Shown piece by piece: positions 60,304 through 64,000 of a stretch of 64,000 nt of DNA. A program made the position numbers and the translations under genes. Every line of letters starts with the position of its first letter. Position 1 is the stretch's first letter. The stretch covers positions 65,976 through 129,975 of the forward strand of contig JBBTUY010000002.1 in NCBI GenBank assembly GCA_038063515.1, in the 5' to 3' direction. The notes beneath the pieces were generated by a model, which saw only the letters and a program-made list of their open reading frames with translations, was not told the DNA's origin and searched no databases. This stretch comes from Patescibacteria group bacterium (lineage in GTDB: Bacteria; Patescibacteriota; Minisyncoccia; Phycocordibacterales; UBA9973).

Positions 60304-60567
60304 ATGCACGCAGATAAAAATAAACTAATACGCCGTCTAAAAATCATTGAGGGTCAGCTTCGTGGCATACAGGATATGGTTGAAAAGGATAAATACTGCA
60401 TAGACATCATTACTCAAACTTCTGCTATTAAACAAGGCCTATCAAATGTTGAAGATGCCCTACTTGAAGGACATATTGGTCATTGTGTAGTAAATCAAAT
60501 CAAAAAAGGTCAAACTGATAAAGCGACCAGTGAAATATTAAAAGTATATCGTTTGAAAAGAAAATAA
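60304..60567 (+). CDS. csoR: CsoR/RcnR family metal-sensing repressor
   Basis: RLKIIEGQ.RGI..M....YC..I..Q, H..HC ligand set. Confidence 0.9.
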   Translation: MHADKNKLIRRLKIIEGQLRGIQDMVEKDKYCIDIITQTSAIKQGLSNVEDALLEGHIGHCVVNQIKKGQTDKATSEILKVYRLKRK

Positions 60568-60568
60568 T

Positions 60569-61189
60569 ATGATTACTCACAAATGTGAAAACTGCAGCAT
60601 GGAAGGAACATACCTAAAAGCAGACAGCGAGGGTCTTGTTCGTTATTACTGTGAGCATCACGCACCAAAAGGAGCAACGAGGATTGGAGAAGTCCCAAAA
60701 CCTGAAACTGGATTGAAGAAGTTTTTGCCACTCATTGTTATTTTTTCTTCTATTATTTTGTTTACTACCATTACCACATACCTACACGGATTTACCTTAG
60801 AATTTGCAATGCGTATGATGATGGGTTCATTCTTCGCTATCTTTGGAGCATTTAAGATATTCAACCTTACTGCGTTTGCCGATGCTTATAGCACTTACGA
60901 CATTCTTGCAAAATGTTCTCGTGCATATGCTTTTATTTACCCATTTCTTGAAATCTTGATTGCAGTTCTATACATCACAGACATAGGTGGTATCTACCGA
61001 GATATTTTCACATTCCTTTTAATGGCAGTTAGTTCTGTCGGAGTAATTCAAAAACTACGCATTAAAGAGGAAATACCTTGCGCCTGTCTCGGTATGGTTT
61101 TTAAATTACCAATGACTAAAGTTACACTTTTTGAAGATGTACTAATGGCAGTTGAAGCATTTATAATGATACTTATTGCTTTGAAATAA
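60569..61189 (+). CDS. MauE/DoxX-like heavy-metal-associated membrane protein with N-terminal CxxC...CxHH
   Basis: F..YD.LA, YPFLE, CACLG...LP, ED. Confidence 0.75.
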   Translation: MITHKCENCSMEGTYLKADSEGLVRYYCEHHAPKGATRIGEVPKPETGLKKFLPLIVIFSSIILFTTITTYLHGFTLEFAMRMMMGSFFAIFGAFKIFNLTAFADAYSTYDILAKCSRAYAFIYPFLEILIAVLYITDIGGIYRDIFTFLLMAVSSVGVIQKLRIKEEIPCACLGMVFKLPMTKVTLFEDVLMAVEAFIMILIALK

Positions 61190-61191
61190 AT

Positions 61192-61581
61192 ATGAAGAAC
61201 CTACACTTTATTAAAATATCCCTAGCACTCCTCGCGCTCGTAGGATATTTGAGTATTGTCGTTCTTGGTCCAATCCATATGGCTCATATGGCAGAAATGA
61301 ATATGCCTATGGAGCATTGTCCATTTGCTGTCGGAGAACACTCTCTGTGTAAGATGGACCCCTTCGAACACTTGAAAGTCTGGCAACAGTTTACTACGAC
61401 ATTTCTACCTCTTATTAAAATACTCTCTGTTATAGGCATACTACTTACCCTCATATATTTTTCTTACTATTCGCCACCGATTGGTAGATTCTTGTTTTCT
61501 CTCAAACGAGAACGATTGCGGGCATTCTCTCTGTATCAACAACTGTTCTCTCAAGGTATTCTCAATCCCAAAGCCCCGTAA
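61192..61581 (+). CDS. Exported/membrane protein with His/Met/Cys-rich segment
   Basis: HMAHMAEMNMPMEHCPF..HSLC after a hydrophobic leader. Confidence 0.7.
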   Translation: MKNLHFIKISLALLALVGYLSIVVLGPIHMAHMAEMNMPMEHCPFAVGEHSLCKMDPFEHLKVWQQFTTTFLPLIKILSVIGILLTLIYFSYYSPPIGRFLFSLKRERLRAFSLYQQLFSQGILNPKAP

Positions 61582-61624
61582 AAATATCATTCGTCATTAT
61601 TAGAAATTAACTCGTATAACAAAT

Positions 61625-61846
61625 ATGAAAATATCAAAAGTAGTGCATATCGTTAGTGTTATCGTTGGACTTATTGGAGTAATATCATTTCTAGGTGCTG
61701 TTCTTAACGGAGTAGATAATAGCGTGTTCGGAGTTACAAAAATGGATGCCTTAGCTTGTGCAGGAATACTTATCCTTATTGCGACTTGGCTTCAAATAGC
61801 AACCATTCATCATATGATGCTTGAAAAGAACGGTGAGAGAGTGTAA
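61625..61846 (+). CDS. Small two-TM protein
   Basis: Two hydrophobic helices, C-terminal HHMM. Confidence 0.65.
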   Translation: MKISKVVHIVSVIVGLIGVISFLGAVLNGVDNSVFGVTKMDALACAGILILIATWLQIATIHHMMLEKNGERV

Positions 61847-61869
61847 TTATTAAATTAAAATACAAAATT

Positions 61870-62268
61870 ATGGAAAATAAAAACAATGTATTGGTTTTTA
61901 GTCTTGTCTTTCTAATTATCGGTATCTTTGTTGGTTGGCTCATTTGCAACAACAAGACAGTAATAGTAAGCCAAACGGCAGGAATGCATCAAATGGCTGA
62001 CGGGACAATGATGGGCAATGTTCCTGTGAATATGGAAAGTATGATGGGCGGAATGATGGCTGGATTGCAAGGTAAAACAGGAGATGCTTTTGATAAGGAG
62101 TTTCTTGCTCAAATGATTGTTCATCATCAAGGAGCTGTAGAGATGGCAAAAGCGGTTCTAGCAACCTCAAAGCGACCAGAGCTTATCAAACTAGCCAATG
62201 ACATCATCTCTGCTCAAACTAAAGAAATTGGAATGATGCAGGAATGGCAGAAAGTGTGGTTTAAGTAA
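61870..62268 (+). CDS. DUF305 (CopM-like) Met/His-rich protein
   Basis: FDKEFL..MIVHHQGAVEMA, LA..II..Q..EI..M..W. Confidence 0.88.
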   Translation: MENKNNVLVFSLVFLIIGIFVGWLICNNKTVIVSQTAGMHQMADGTMMGNVPVNMESMMGGMMAGLQGKTGDAFDKEFLAQMIVHHQGAVEMAKAVLATSKRPELIKLANDIISAQTKEIGMMQEWQKVWFK

Positions 62269-62521
62269 TTCAAATAGGTTTACTGACAAATCACCGAAAG
62301 GGTGTTTTGTTTGATAAGCACTCGTAAAAAGTATATTATTATACTAACTCTAGTGATTTGAAGCTCGGAATGTAGATTGTAGCGTCATTATTACGCTCAA
62401 AGGCAGTTCTAAAATCGTTCACTAAGTCGTGCAAACAAAAAGAGCCATAGATCTGTCAGCTGGCGGAATGGTTCTTTTTGTTGTGGGTGTATTGGACTTA
62501 AACTGTGATACAATAAAAAGT

Positions 62522-63148
62522 ATGATAAATCAAAAAAGTTTTCCCATTTTAGTAATTATTTTTTTGGTAGTAATATTGGGCTTAGGCGGTGGAGCATATT
62601 TATATATAAAAAATTCAACACTAGAAGCTATAACTCCCATAATTCAAGAGACGAAAGTTGATGATAGTAATACTACTTTAGAAAATCCTCCTTCAAATTC
62701 AGAGACACAAGTTGTTAAAAATGATGATACGGTTGCTAGTATTACTTGGAAAGTATTTTTCGATGAAAAATTGAAAATCGGTTTCTCGTATCCATCGTAT
62801 CTTTCAATAAAAAAAGATAATATCATCAATCCAAACTCTGATTTTATCAAAACAACACTTACTGATGGGCAGAACAACACCACTGAGATAGTTTTTCCTG
62901 TTGATGAATCTAGTAGGTTGAATGGGAAAGAAATAAAGGATACGCTTGTAGAAGATTCAAAAATTCCTGACGCAAAAGGCAGACCAAGGACATTAATAGT
63001 TGACGGTAAAACTTTTCATATCAATTATAGTGATTTTATTTCGTACTCTTTAATTACTAATAGAGGGATTGTTGATGTAAGTTTTTCCATTACGTCTGGT
63101 TATTCTCAGCTTGATATCAAAAAAATTCTTTCCTCATTAAAATACTAA
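62522..63148 (+). CDS. Hypothetical membrane-anchored secreted protein
   Basis: N-terminal TM anchor, WK.F.....GFSYP, KILSSLK; ATG 7 nt after TACAAT. Confidence 0.7.
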   Translation: MINQKSFPILVIIFLVVILGLGGGAYLYIKNSTLEAITPIIQETKVDDSNTTLENPPSNSETQVVKNDDTVASITWKVFFDEKLKIGFSYPSYLSIKKDNIINPNSDFIKTTLTDGQNNTTEIVFPVDESSRLNGKEIKDTLVEDSKIPDAKGRPRTLIVDGKTFHINYSDFISYSLITNRGIVDVSFSITSGYSQLDIKKILSSLKY

Positions 63149-63164
63149 CTAGGAATGTATAGCC

Positions 63165-63326
63165 ATGCTCGCACTTCTTTCATTTGGTTCTGTATCTTTC
63201 ACCCACAGCAGACACGCTCCTTTATTCTTCAAATCCGCAGGAATAGTCGTAATTGTGCTTGAAATGCTCGTATTATTTTTAGGTCTTATGGGTTTAGGTA
63301 TTGTAAATTCTTTATTTAGTATATAA
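63165..63326 (+). CDS. 53-aa hydrophobic ORF or gene fragment
   Basis: Open frame, hydrophobic C-half; not in ORF track. Confidence 0.3.
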   Translation: MLALLSFGSVSFTHSRHAPLFFKSAGIVVIVLEMLVLFLGLMGLGIVNSLFSI

Positions 63327-63639
63327 TTACTTTATGAATAAGATAGTTTCAATTATCATAATTCTTGGTCTCGTGGTGACTATAGGAATAGTATTTTTAG
63401 GGTGGTTATAAATCACAAGAAACAGCACGCGTAGAACAAAATATTGAAGTAGGATATAGTGTTATGATTTTTCTTCTTTGGCCATTAGGTCGGTTGGCTT
63501 TCAAGAGGTATTACCTATAAAAGGAAAAGGGAATAGACATAGGAACACCAAAAATAGGAGAACCGTTAGAGGGTGTTTGCAGTATGGGAATGTATAGTTT
63601 CTTAGTTAATTTTATTTAATAACATTTTTTATTAATTTT

Positions 63640-64000
63640 ATGACAAATGAAAAAAAGCTTGAGTGGATTTTGAGAATTGGTATCGCTGGAGAGTTTTTGG
63701 GTCATGGAGTATTTGCTATTTTAGGTAAAGCGGATTGGATAAAGTGGACACAGCAACTGACAGGTCTTGATACGGCAACAGCGACTACTTTTATGTTGGT
63801 GGTGGGTGTCGTAGATATTTTATTAGCAATTATGGTTCTTTGGAAACCCATTAGACCAGTGCTTTTATGGATGGCATTCTGGGGTTTTTGGACGGCGCTT
63901 GTTCGTCCACTTGTCGGGGCAGATCTCTGGATTAAAGATATTTGGGATTTCATTGAGAGATTTGCTAATTGGGCAGCACCACTTGCACTATTTTACTTTT
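63640..64000 (+). CDS. DoxX-like membrane protein, 3'-truncated by window edge
   Basis: MTNEKKLEWILRIGIAGEFLGHG...DF.ER..NW..PL; open to window end. Confidence 0.7.
   Translation, partial: MTNEKKLEWILRIGIAGEFLGHGVFAILGKADWIKWTQQLTGLDTATATTFMLVVGVVDILLAIMVLWKPIRPVLLWMAFWGFWTALVRPLVGADLWIKDIWDFIERFANWAAPLALFYF

Overview
AT-rich bacterial chromosomal segment, standard genetic code. Gene content (no rpmD between rpsE and rplO, intron-containing 23S rRNA unlinked from 16S, solitary VirB4/TraG-like ATPase, class II RNR) points to a CPR/Patescibacteria (Parcubacteria-like) genome; this taxonomic call is inference. Layout: the end of a surface protein gene and an 18 kb glycosylation island (O-antigen-ligase-like OST, gmd/fcl, GT2/GT11/GT17, rmlA/B, wzm/wzt, priming GT); rplJL; 23S rRNA with three group I introns (E. 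coli-equivalent L1917, L2500, L2593; two carry LAGLIDADG endonucleases) and 5S; a split S10/spc cluster (rpsS to secY); cmk, adk, pyrH, map, ndk; infC-rpmI-rplT; smpB, tmRNA, ftsH; tRNA-Ile(UAU); a three-gene B12 module (ECF-S-like transporter, nrdJ, pduO); recG; two tRNAs; a CsoR-controlled metal cluster. The most unusual signals are missing from the ORF track: (i) a promoter-driven five-hairpin cassette inside the spc operon that also encodes a 45-aa C2H2-finger-like peptide, (ii) a short 6S-like rod RNA at 45005-45130, (iii) a type I toxin/antisense-like unit after the 5S gene, (iv) an identical 27-bp promoter at both ribosomal-operon break points, and (v) a Cys-rich micro-ORF in a direct-repeat-flanked cassette. 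All calls are by eye from sequence; no searches were run.
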